Source: Nitrosomonas europaea (lineage in GTDB: Bacteria > Pseudomonadota > Gammaproteobacteria > Burkholderiales > Nitrosomonadaceae). From it: DNA of 32,000 nucleotides. Under the pieces are notes generated by a model, which saw nothing but the letters and a program-made list of their open reading frames with translations, was not told the origin of the DNA and did not search any database. Positions within the stretch are counted from its first letter, which is position 1, and each line of letters starts with the position of its first letter. Positions 1 through 8,129 of this stretch are shown in pieces. Where the stretch lies: the NCBI RefSeq assembly GCF_900167395.1, contig NZ_FUWK01000002.1:90001-122000 (forward strand). Reading direction: 5' to 3'. Both the position numbers and the translations under genes were made by a program.

Positions 1-324
1 CTGATGGGTGTATTCGGCCGGCGCAAAAAACACCAGCACGGTCAGATCTTCTGTGATATCGCAGAAACAGTGCTCAACATTGGCCGCCACGAAAATGATG
101 CTGCCAGCGGAGATCTCTCGATAATCGCTGCCTATCCGCATACGTGCCTTACCGTGCACCACATAATAAACCTCATCCTCGGTATGCGGCTCCTGTAAAT
201 CTTCCGCTCCTGCCGGCAAGGTATAAACCCCCATACTCAACGAAGGTACCCGCAAGAATTCCAGATAAGACTCGCCCGATTCTTTCCGCCTGCCCATCAA
301 ATCAGACAGTTGATAGATATCCAT
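1..324 (-). CDS. Cupin-domain protein, N-terminal 108 codons (the C-terminus runs off the left edge of the window)
   Basis: Absent from the ORF track because there is no stop codon in the window. The reverse complement from ATG 324..322 reads MDIYQLSDLMGRRKESGESYLEFLRVPSLSMGVYTLPAGAEDLQEPHTEDEVYYVVHGKARMRIGSDYREISAGSIIFVAANVEHCFCDITEDLTVLVFFAPAEYTHQ, open through base 1. AAGGAG (rc of 336-341) lies 11 nt upstream. The H.E..E.YYV..G and G.....V....H spacing is typical of cupin_2 barrels. Confidence 0.7.
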   Translation of the reverse strand, partial: MDIYQLSDLMGRRKESGESYLEFLRVPSLSMGVYTLPAGAEDLQEPHTEDEVYYVVHGKARMRIGSDYREISAGSIIFVAANVEHCFCDITEDLTVLVFFAPAEYTHQ

Positions 325-475
325 ACGTAAACATTCTCCTTGATTGATGATTCAGATCAGATCTCGAATGAGAATTCGATCTATCAGCAATTATAAGATC
401 GCAAGCCTGAAATATCCGGTTATGCCAGACCTGATATTTTAAAAAATTGTCTCACAAGAATCGGGGAGGTCTGGC

Positions 476-504
476 TTGCACGCGGAGAATTGCACGCCCA
501 TAAT
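476..504 (+). promoter_or_regulatory. Candidate sigma70 promoter for the ABM/alcohol-dehydrogenase operon
   Basis: TTGCAC (476-481), a 17-nt spacer, then CATAAT (499-504), about 44 nt upstream of ATG 548. The -35 hexamer is the first copy of a TTGCACGC direct repeat (476-483 and 490-497). Pattern match only. Confidence 0.3.
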
Positions 505-547
505 CAGGGTGCCTATTCAGAACCCCTAAACGCAGAGGATTTACGTC

Positions 548-850
548 ATGTATGTCACTATTGTCTATGCATCCGTCAAAACAGATAAAACGGAAGCATT
601 TAAGGAAGCCACCCGTATGAATCACGAACAATCGATTCGCGAACCGGGCAATATGCGTTTCGATATTCTGCAGTCTGCCGATGATCCAACCCGGTTTGTA
701 CTTTATGAAGCATACAAAACCAGGAAAGATGCTGCAGCACATAAAGAAACCGCACATTATCTAACCTGGCGCGATACCGTTGCAGATTGGATGGCTGAGC
801 CACGTAAGGGGGTGATATATGGTGGTTTGTATCCAACCGGGGATGACTGA
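548..850 (+). CDS. ABM (antibiotic biosynthesis monooxygenase / Dabb fold) protein, LsrG/YgiN-like
   Basis: 100-aa ORF. The pattern VT.V......K...F.....NH..S..EPGN.RFD.LQ.....RF.LYEAY.....A.H..T.HY matches my memory of LsrG-type ABM proteins. GAGGA (535-539) lies 8 nt upstream. The stop TGA 848-850 shares one base with the next ATG. Confidence 0.85.
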   Translation: MYVTIVYASVKTDKTEAFKEATRMNHEQSIREPGNMRFDILQSADDPTRFVLYEAYKTRKDAAAHKETAHYLTWRDTVADWMAEPRKGVIYGGLYPTGDD

Positions 851-2034
851 TGATGCCCTTTTCTATTGCCCGGCTGCCGCGCATCGAATTTGGTGCAGGG
901 GTTCTGAAAAAACTGCCGGATATCATCGAAAGTTATGGCAACCATATTTTGCTGGTTACCGGCGCGCACTCCTTTATGAATACTCCCTACTGGCGGCTTC
1001 TGATCGATCAGTTTGAGCATCGCGCCATCACCTGGCGACATGCCATGGTAGCGGAAGAGCCTTCTCCTGCTTTGATCGATGACTTCGTCATAGATTATGC
1101 CAATGAACACTTTGCTGCAGTCATTGGCATCGGAGGTGGCAGCGTACTCGATACTGCCAAAGCCGTAGCCGGGTTGCTGCAAGTACAACATTCAGTAATG
1201 GATTACCTCGAAGGAGTTGGCCCGGAGCTGTCGTATCAGGGGCCAGCCGTACCATTCATCGCTGTCCCCACGACCGCCGGCACTGGCAGTGAGGCAACCA
1301 AAAACGCCGTACTCAGCGTGCAAGGTGAGAATGGTTTCAAGAAATCCTTCCGTCACGACAAACTGGTTGCTGAATATGCAATCGTCGATCCGGATTTACT
1401 GGCCAGTTGCCCGCCCGGCGTCATCGCTGCCAACGGTATGGATGCGCTGACACAATTGCTGGAATCGTACGTATCCCTCAAAGCCAATGCCCTCACCGAT
1501 GCACTGGCGATCAGTGGATTGCAAGCTGTTCGTGACGCACTGCTCCCGTTTTATCACCAGCAAGGCGAGCTGGCGCAACACCGGGAGAAAATGGCTTACG
1601 CTGCACTGCTCTCCGGTATCACGCTGGCGCAAACAGGGTTGGGTTCGGTGCATGGCCTGGCATCCCCGCTCGGTGCGTTCTACCCGATTCCGCATGGTGT
1701 CGTTTGCGGTACCCTGGTTGCAGCCGCCACCCGGATCAACCTTCACAGCATGCACATGCGTGAGCCGGATAATCCGGCATTGGCAAAATACCGGCATGTT
1801 GCTGAGATTTTGTGCAAGCAGCACTTTAACGATCCGGAAATCGCCTTTGATGCCCTGATCGATCTGTTGACGCAATGGACAGAAGAACTCACCCTGCCCC
1901 GGCTGTCACACTACGGTCTGCAACCTGCCGGGCTCGATAAAGTCATCGCCCACTGCCGTGGCAGCAGCATGAAAACCAATCCGATCGTGCTCACTGATGA
2001 TGAGATTCGGCAAATTCTGCTGGAAAGACTGTAA
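850..2034 (+). CDS. Iron-containing (class III/IV) alcohol dehydrogenase family oxidoreductase
   Basis: 394-aa ORF with the IGIGGGSVLDTAKAVA glycine-rich motif, PTTAGTGSE, and the metal-ligand region GSVHGLASPLG...PHGVVCG. Its ATG overlaps the ABM stop (TGATG). Confidence 0.9.
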   Translation: MMPFSIARLPRIEFGAGVLKKLPDIIESYGNHILLVTGAHSFMNTPYWRLLIDQFEHRAITWRHAMVAEEPSPALIDDFVIDYANEHFAAVIGIGGGSVLDTAKAVAGLLQVQHSVMDYLEGVGPELSYQGPAVPFIAVPTTAGTGSEATKNAVLSVQGENGFKKSFRHDKLVAEYAIVDPDLLASCPPGVIAANGMDALTQLLESYVSLKANALTDALAISGLQAVRDALLPFYHQQGELAQHREKMAYAALLSGITLAQTGLGSVHGLASPLGAFYPIPHGVVCGTLVAAATRINLHSMHMREPDNPALAKYRHVAEILCKQHFNDPEIAFDALIDLLTQWTEELTLPRLSHYGLQPAGLDKVIAHCRGSSMKTNPIVLTDDEIRQILLERL

Positions 2035-2040
2035 CAATAT

Positions 2041-2823
2041 TCAACTGTCTGTTTCACATTCCTGCCTCGCCGCCGGATCCTGGCGGTAATACCGGGCCAG
2101 TTGCTGGTACATCTCGGGAAAATACTGTTTGATCCGGTACGGCCTGGTAAAAAAGACTTCGCTCGATACCGCAAAAAATTCCGCCGGATCCTCTGCTGCG
2201 TAGGGATCCATTATTGTGACTTCACCCCGCTCCACCTGCCTGCAAAAAATTTCATACGCCCGACTGAACACAACAGCCCATATCCGCGGATCCATATCGC
2301 TGTGCAGTGGCGGGTAACCATTGGCAGAACCGTTCAGCATATCCAGTTTGTGTGCAAATTCGTGTATCACCACGTTGTATCCGGATTCATGGTGAACATG
2401 GACTACATCTTCCCACGACAGAATAACCGGCCCGGCCTGCCAGGATTCACCCGAAGCCACCATCCGCCTGGTATGAACGATGCCGGTTTCATCGGTATAG
2501 GCATGATCGAGAATAAACTTGCCAGGATAGACGATCACTTCCACCCAGTCATCATAGTATTCCGGATCCAGTTTCAGAATCAGCAGACAGGCCTGCACCG
2601 CAATCATCACACGCATTGCTTCTGTCACAACCAGTCCCTGCACACCATTTATCTTCTTGTCATGCAGAAAAATGCTGGTCCATTCCCGCAACTGCCTGAA
2701 TTCATCTTGAGTCAACCCATGCAGGAAGGGAAGTTGATCCACTGCAGACTGCCAGACAGATTCCCGAATCGGTTTACGTCCGAGAATCCAGCGCCGTCGC
2801 CATTTCTCCAGATACCAGATCAT
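2041..2823 (-). CDS. mtfA: MtfA-family (peptidase M90) zinc-dependent peptidase
   Basis: 260-aa ORF with the HExxH motif HEFAHKLD. It is collinear with E. coli MtfA as I recall it (GPVILSWEDV, DPAEFFAVSSEVFF, YRQDP). Confidence 0.88.
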   Translation of the reverse strand: MIWYLEKWRRRWILGRKPIRESVWQSAVDQLPFLHGLTQDEFRQLREWTSIFLHDKKINGVQGLVVTEAMRVMIAVQACLLILKLDPEYYDDWVEVIVYPGKFILDHAYTDETGIVHTRRMVASGESWQAGPVILSWEDVVHVHHESGYNVVIHEFAHKLDMLNGSANGYPPLHSDMDPRIWAVVFSRAYEIFCRQVERGEVTIMDPYAAEDPAEFFAVSSEVFFTRPYRIKQYFPEMYQQLARYYRQDPAARQECETDS

Positions 2824-3088
2824 GAGTCGGTAAAGTTTTCGATAGCAACCGACATAAAATTATTACCACCTCTCCATCAGTATTATTTCTACTCGGAACT
2901 TGAAAACCTGATCCTGTTCGTTTAACGTCGAACCTGTTTACCAACGAAATGGCAAGGTCAAACGTTGATCTGCCAGAAGAATTATCCGAACCCTGTTCAA
3001 CCAGCGTGTCAGAAAGTATATCCGGTACAGCCGACCATACTCCCGGTTAAACATATTATATTTACCGACCATCTACAGTATTTTTGCT

Positions 3089-5827
3089 ATGACAGATCAC
3101 CGCGTCACTGACCACACTGAAACCTTACAGCAGACAGCATGGCATGCGCTGACTCTGCCGGAAGTCAGGCAGATCCTGCACACCGACTCGGCCGGTCTGA
3201 AAACGGACGAGGTCAACGATCGCTTTGCCCGGTTCGGACCGAATAGTCTGATCCCGCCCAAACGCCGCGGACCACTGCTGCGCCTGCTGCTGCAATTCCA
3301 CAATGTCCTGCTGTATATCATGATTGCCGCAGCCGCCATTACGGCTGTACTGGGTCACTGGGTGGATACAGGCGTCCTGCTGGCAGCCGTGATCATCAAT
3401 GTCATCATCGGTTTCATCCAGGAAGGCAAAGCAGAAACGGCACTCGATTCCATCCGTGCCATGCTGTCACCACATGCGACGGTCATCCGAGACGGTACTC
3501 GCTATGAGATCGATGCGGCCGGACTGGTACCCGGCGATCTGGTTCTGCTCGCTTCCGGTGATCGGGTGCCGGCGGACATACGCCTGATTTCAGTCAAAGA
3601 ACTGCAGGTCGAAGAAGCTGCACTGACCGGCGAATCGCTACCAGTCAGAAAACGAATCGAGACAGCACTGCCGGACACGTTACCCGGGGATCGCTACGGC
3701 ATGGCTTTTTCCGGCACACTGGTCGTTTACGGTCAGGCCAGCGGGATCGTCGTGGCAACCGGCAGCGCAACTGAACTGGGCAAAATCAATCGATTGCTGG
3801 AAGATACTCAGCATCTGTCCACCCCATTATTACGCCAGATCGATCACTTCGGATTCAAACTGGCTGTTTTCATACTGGCCGCTTCTGCTGCGACTTTTCT
3901 GTTGGGAACCCTGTGGCGTAACCATGCGCCGGCAGAAATGTTCATGATGGCGGTAGCTTTGATTGCTTCCGCAATACCGGAAGGATTACCGGCCATCATG
4001 ACAGTAACGCTGGCACTGGGTGTCCAGCGCATGGCACGGCGCAATGCCATTATCCGAAGACTGCCTGCAGTCGAGGCACTGGGATCAGTGACAGTCATCT
4101 GCTCTGACAAGACCGGGACACTGACGCGCAATGAAATGACAGTGCAGCGGATCGTCTGTGCCGATCATACGATCGATGTCAGCGGAGTCGGTTATGTACC
4201 GACAGGTGAATACAGTATCGATGGACATACCATCGACCCTGCCCATTATCCGGCACTTACCCTGGCGATTCGTTCCGGCGTGCTGTGCAACGATGCCTTG
4301 TTACGGGAAAAGGATGGCCTCTGGAGCGTGGAAGGAGATCCCACCGAAGGAGCTCTGCTGATTCTGGGCGCAAAGAACGGTTTTTCCAATCATCATGCCA
4401 ATACAGCCTGGCCGCGACGGGACGTCATCCCGTTCGAATCCCAGCATTCCTTCATGGCAACGTACCACCATGACAATGAGAATGAACCCTGGATTTTCGT
4501 CAAAGGTGCGCCAGAACGCATTCTGGATATGTGTACCACCCAGTTGCAGCAGAATGGTAAACAGCCGATTGATATCGACTACTGGCAACGGATGGTAAGC
4601 GCCACGGCTGCTAAAGGATTACGCCTGCTGGCACTGGCCTGCAAACGATCAGCCCCGCAGGAAGACAGCCTGAAAATCAATGATATGAAAACGGGTTTCA
4701 CTTTACTTGCGCTGGTTGGCATCATCGATCCCCCGCGTGAAGAAGCCGTTCAGGCCGTGGCCGAATGTCATCGGGCAGGTATACGGGTCAAAATGATTAC
4801 CGGGGATCATGCAGAAACTGCCCGTGCTGTCGGAGCACAACTGGCCATCGGAGCCGGCAGACCGGTACTCACCGGGATGGAAATCGCTGCCATGGATGAT
4901 GATACCTTGCGTGACATCGTCATGGATGTCGATATCTTTGCCCGAACCAGCCCTGAACACAAACTGCGCCTGGTAAAAGCCCTACAGGCCGGTGGTCAGG
5001 TGGTAGCGATGACCGGAGATGGAGTGAACGACGCACCGGCACTCAAACGTGCCGATGTCGGTGTAGCCATGGGAATGAAAGGTACTGAAGCCGCCAAGGA
5101 AGCATCCGACATGGTACTGGCCGATGACAACTTTGCCACCATCGCTTACGCAGTACGCGAAGGCCGGGTTGTTTACGACAATCTAAAAAAATTCATCCTG
5201 TTCATGCTGCCCACCAATGGTGGTGAAGCGCTCGTCATCATAGCCGCCATTCTGTTTGAATTCACCCTACCACTCACACCGGCACAGGTGTTGTGGATCA
5301 ATATGGTGACAGTCAGTACCCTAGGGCTGGCACTGGCTTTTGAGCCGGCAGAACGTAACATCATGAATCACCGCCCAAGGTCACCAAAAGAAGCGCTACT
5401 GTCCGGCTTTTTTGTCTGGCGGGTTCTGATGGTATCTGTATTGATGATGATTGGCGGACTGGGTCTTTTTCTGTGGGAGCAGCACATCGGGGTCAGCACG
5501 GAAACAGCCCGCACGATGGCAGTCAATGCCATCGTGATGTCCGAGATGTTCTATCTGATCAATAGTCGCCATACCTTTGCATCAGTCCTTCATCTCGAAG
5601 GGCTGACCGGTAATCGTTATGTCCTGCTGGCGATTGTTGCCTGCCTGCTGCTGCAGATTACCTATACTCATCTGCCTACCATGCAGTCCATATTCAATTC
5701 GACCGATTTGACGATGCTGCAATGGTGCAAATCTATCGCTGCCGGATTGATGGTGTTTTGTGTCATCGAGATTGAGAAATCAGTCATCCGGCATACCCGC
5801 CTTGCTTCAGTCGTGACATCGGCCTGA
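3089..5827 (+). CDS. P-type cation-transporting ATPase, P2-like (E1-E2 family)
   Basis: 912-aa ORF with LTGES (actuator), IPEGLP (TM4), CSDKTGTLT (phospho-Asp340), KGAPE, MITGDH, MTGDGVNDAPALKRADVG (hinge), and N- and C-terminal cation-ATPase domains. No CPx heavy-metal motif. No obvious Shine-Dalgarno sequence before ATG 3089. Confidence 0.95.
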   Translation: MTDHRVTDHTETLQQTAWHALTLPEVRQILHTDSAGLKTDEVNDRFARFGPNSLIPPKRRGPLLRLLLQFHNVLLYIMIAAAAITAVLGHWVDTGVLLAAVIINVIIGFIQEGKAETALDSIRAMLSPHATVIRDGTRYEIDAAGLVPGDLVLLASGDRVPADIRLISVKELQVEEAALTGESLPVRKRIETALPDTLPGDRYGMAFSGTLVVYGQASGIVVATGSATELGKINRLLEDTQHLSTPLLRQIDHFGFKLAVFILAASAATFLLGTLWRNHAPAEMFMMAVALIASAIPEGLPAIMTVTLALGVQRMARRNAIIRRLPAVEALGSVTVICSDKTGTLTRNEMTVQRIVCADHTIDVSGVGYVPTGEYSIDGHTIDPAHYPALTLAIRSGVLCNDALLREKDGLWSVEGDPTEGALLILGAKNGFSNHHANTAWPRRDVIPFESQHSFMATYHHDNENEPWIFVKGAPERILDMCTTQLQQNGKQPIDIDYWQRMVSATAAKGLRLLALACKRSAPQEDSLKINDMKTGFTLLALVGIIDPPREEAVQAVAECHRAGIRVKMITGDHAETARAVGAQLAIGAGRPVLTGMEIAAMDDDTLRDIVMDVDIFARTSPEHKLRLVKALQAGGQVVAMTGDGVNDAPALKRADVGVAMGMKGTEAAKEASDMVLADDNFATIAYAVREGRVVYDNLKKFILFMLPTNGGEALVIIAAILFEFTLPLTPAQVLWINMVTVSTLGLALAFEPAERNIMNHRPRSPKEALLSGFFVWRVLMVSVLMMIGGLGLFLWEQHIGVSTETARTMAVNAIVMSEMFYLINSRHTFASVLHLEGLTGNRYVLLAIVACLLLQITYTHLPTMQSIFNSTDLTMLQWCKSIAAGLMVFCVIEIEKSVIRHTRLASVVTSA

Positions 5828-5857
5828 CAGGCCGGCCAGGATGACTGGCAGTGTAAG

Positions 5858-8068
5858 TCAGAATTTGATATTGAGTCCTGCGTAAACCGAACGTCCCATG
5901 CCGGGAACGGCAATGCCGTAAGGAATGCCATTGATACCCATGGTCATCCCCTGTCCGGTATAAGCACCACCGAGCGGTAGCGCGTAGAGACGGTCGAACA
6001 GGTTCTCTACTCCCAGATCGAGGCGCATATTCTTCCATGTGTAGCTGGTACGCAAGTGTGTCAGGAAATAGCTGCCCGTATGGATTTCGTTGCGTACAGA
6101 GGAAACTGAACTCTTACGAGCGACACCGACCAGTTCGACTGCGCTACTCCAGCCGCTATACTGATGGGTGAAGGTCACTTTACCGTTGAGTGGCATCATA
6201 TTGTACAGCTCGTCACCCGTTTTCTTGTTCTCCCCTCTGGTGTAGTTCATCAGACCCCGCAGACCAAATTCACCGAGGCTGGTTTTTGCCAGCACTGTTC
6301 GACCGGAGAGATCAAGCCCATAAAGATGGGCAGACTGATTGGCATATTGCAGAATGACGAACTGGTTGCCGGTCGTTGCATTGGTTACTGTACAGTTTGG
6401 CCCGCTTGAACAGCGGATGGCGTCGACATAGTCGTTCACATAGGTGAAATAGGGCGTGGCCTTGACTTCCCATTCCCGGTCAACCGCGTGCAAATCTATG
6501 GTGAGGGAAGCGGTATAGGCTTTCTCCGGTTTCAGATCCATATTGCCTACGTAACCGTTACCATCACCAACAAAGTTGTTCATGATGGCAGCCATACTCC
6601 AGGTAGACCAGGCATAGCGCTCATACAGATTCGGTGTGCGCACCTTGCGTGCCAGACCCAGCTCGAGGTCGATCATGTCACCGGGTGTGTAACGCGCCAG
6701 TGCCGTCACATCGACGTTATCATCAGTACGCTTGTGACCGCGGGCATTGAAAGCGTTGGTATCAGGAATCTGGTTACCCATCATGTTTCCATAGCCGTGA
6801 ACGTTGTTTGCATCCGTTTCCAGATGTTCGTAACGGGCACCCAGCAGCGTAGTCCACTGCGAACCGAACCGCCTTTCCCACTCAGCAAAAACACCTATCC
6901 GGTCACGCTTGCCGTCATTGATGTTTTCAAAGGTGAGAGGCGACATGGCACCGGTTCCGGACGGCGGCCACCAGTCTTCCAGCGTATAGTGCTGATAGAG
7001 CATTCCGACACGCAGCAAATCGTTGCTGGTGAGATCGATATCCCCTTTCAGGTTGAAACCCAGAGTACGGCCACGGCTGTACATCGGCATACCATTCAAC
7101 GCCGTGCCATAGACAAGCTGCTTGTCGTCACTGAAATTCATATAGTGATCGACCGCTTCATAGTAAACACGACCATCGACCGTTCCCCAATCGTACTGGC
7201 CGAGATAACGCACATTCACCCGCTTCTGTTCATTGTCCAGCATGTCCATACGCTGGTTGGGGTAAAACTGGTACGGAACGTTCTGATAACCCAGTTTCGC
7301 CTCGAGCAGGTGATTATCCGCTCGCAAGGCAACTCCCACGGTATGCGTCAGACTTTTATAAGCAGTGGAGCCCACTTCATCCAGAGGCAAGGTATGGCCT
7401 GGTCGTCCCGTTGCGGTTGTTGTCTTGAAATTGCCACCCGCTTTGTAGTTATCCGCCGTAGTGATCGCACCTGAATAGTTGATGCTGAAGAATTCGTTGG
7501 CCAGTGTGGCAGACAGGTTACCACCGATGGCATTGTTGTTGCTGCGGAAGAAAGTGCCAATTTCGCCTTTGATGAGTGAGCGCTGGCCGGGAGCGGCAAA
7601 TTGCGGCAGCGCAGATTCGGCAATGATGGTACCGCCAATACTGTCCCCTCCAACGCTGACCGGTGTGACACCGGCATACACTCTGATTTTTGCGACATTG
7701 GTCGGATCAATATAGGAAAGCGGCGGATTCATGTGATTGGCACAAGAAGAAATGAAATCCATACCATCTACTGTGATACGCAAGCGATCATCGGCCAAGC
7801 CATGAATCACGGGCAGGCTGGAAACACCCCCCGCACCGTAGAGGTGTACGCCAGGCACATCCCGCAGCAAAGAAGCAGTATCCCGGGTAATGGCATGCTG
7901 AGCCGCAATTTCGGCTGATCCAATTTCCTCGGGTGTCACTGCATCACGAATCTTGCTGGTTTTAACTACCACTTCACCCAAAGTAGTTTGTGCCTGTGTC
8001 TGTTGTACGGCAAAAGCAGACAGAGCGACTGCCACGGCTGCCGTCACCGGCTTGATACGATATTTCAT
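5858..8068 (-). CDS. TonB-dependent outer-membrane receptor, OprC/NosA-like (putative copper receptor)
   Basis: 736-aa ORF with signal peptide MKYRIKPVTAAVAVALSAFAVQQTQA, a TonB-box-like TLGEVVVKT, a plug segment RLRITVDGMDFISSCANHMNPPLSYIDP, and C-terminal ...YAGLNIKF ending in Phe. GGAGG lies just upstream of the ATG. See the finding on the CxxxM/HxM residues. Confidence 0.93.
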   Translation of the reverse strand: MKYRIKPVTAAVAVALSAFAVQQTQAQTTLGEVVVKTSKIRDAVTPEEIGSAEIAAQHAITRDTASLLRDVPGVHLYGAGGVSSLPVIHGLADDRLRITVDGMDFISSCANHMNPPLSYIDPTNVAKIRVYAGVTPVSVGGDSIGGTIIAESALPQFAAPGQRSLIKGEIGTFFRSNNNAIGGNLSATLANEFFSINYSGAITTADNYKAGGNFKTTTATGRPGHTLPLDEVGSTAYKSLTHTVGVALRADNHLLEAKLGYQNVPYQFYPNQRMDMLDNEQKRVNVRYLGQYDWGTVDGRVYYEAVDHYMNFSDDKQLVYGTALNGMPMYSRGRTLGFNLKGDIDLTSNDLLRVGMLYQHYTLEDWWPPSGTGAMSPLTFENINDGKRDRIGVFAEWERRFGSQWTTLLGARYEHLETDANNVHGYGNMMGNQIPDTNAFNARGHKRTDDNVDVTALARYTPGDMIDLELGLARKVRTPNLYERYAWSTWSMAAIMNNFVGDGNGYVGNMDLKPEKAYTASLTIDLHAVDREWEVKATPYFTYVNDYVDAIRCSSGPNCTVTNATTGNQFVILQYANQSAHLYGLDLSGRTVLAKTSLGEFGLRGLMNYTRGENKKTGDELYNMMPLNGKVTFTHQYSGWSSAVELVGVARKSSVSSVRNEIHTGSYFLTHLRTSYTWKNMRLDLGVENLFDRLYALPLGGAYTGQGMTMGINGIPYGIAVPGMGRSVYAGLNIKF

Positions 8069-8096
8069 AAACCCCTCCAGTTTCTGGTCTTTACAG

Positions 8097-8126
8097 ATAA
8101 CAGGAACGGGATTGTGCAGGTTTCAA
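8097..8126 (-). promoter_or_regulatory. Candidate sigma70 promoter for the TonB-dependent receptor
   Basis: On the minus strand: TTGAAA (rc of 8121-8126), an 18-nt spacer, then TGTTAT (rc of 8097-8102), roughly 25-30 nt upstream of ATG 8068. Pattern match only. Confidence 0.25.
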
Positions 8127-8129
8127 ACG

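Noticed and set aside
2101-2925. 274-aa plus-strand ORF antisense to mtfA
   Set aside because: No motifs and no SD. It overlaps the whole of a confidently assigned gene, so I treat it as a shadow ORF.
2824-3088. Possible Mg2+ (M-box) or other cation riboswitch upstream of the P-type ATPase
   Set aside because: I recognised no conserved core. The region is short and AT-rich and contains only short direct repeats.
5820-5834. CGGCC-tgaca-GGCCG hairpin spanning the ATPase stop codon, between the convergent ATPase and receptor genes
   Set aside because: It has only a 5-bp stem and no U-tract on either strand. The adjacent GGCCGGCC palindrome cannot fold into a stable hairpin. This is too weak to annotate as a terminator.
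6488-7474. 328-aa ORF on the plus strand, antisense to the TonB-dependent receptor
   Set aside because: It lies entirely inside a well-supported gene on the other strand. The translation is low-complexity and rich in V, I, H, R and T, with no recognisable motif. I treat it as a typical shadow ORF of a long coding region.
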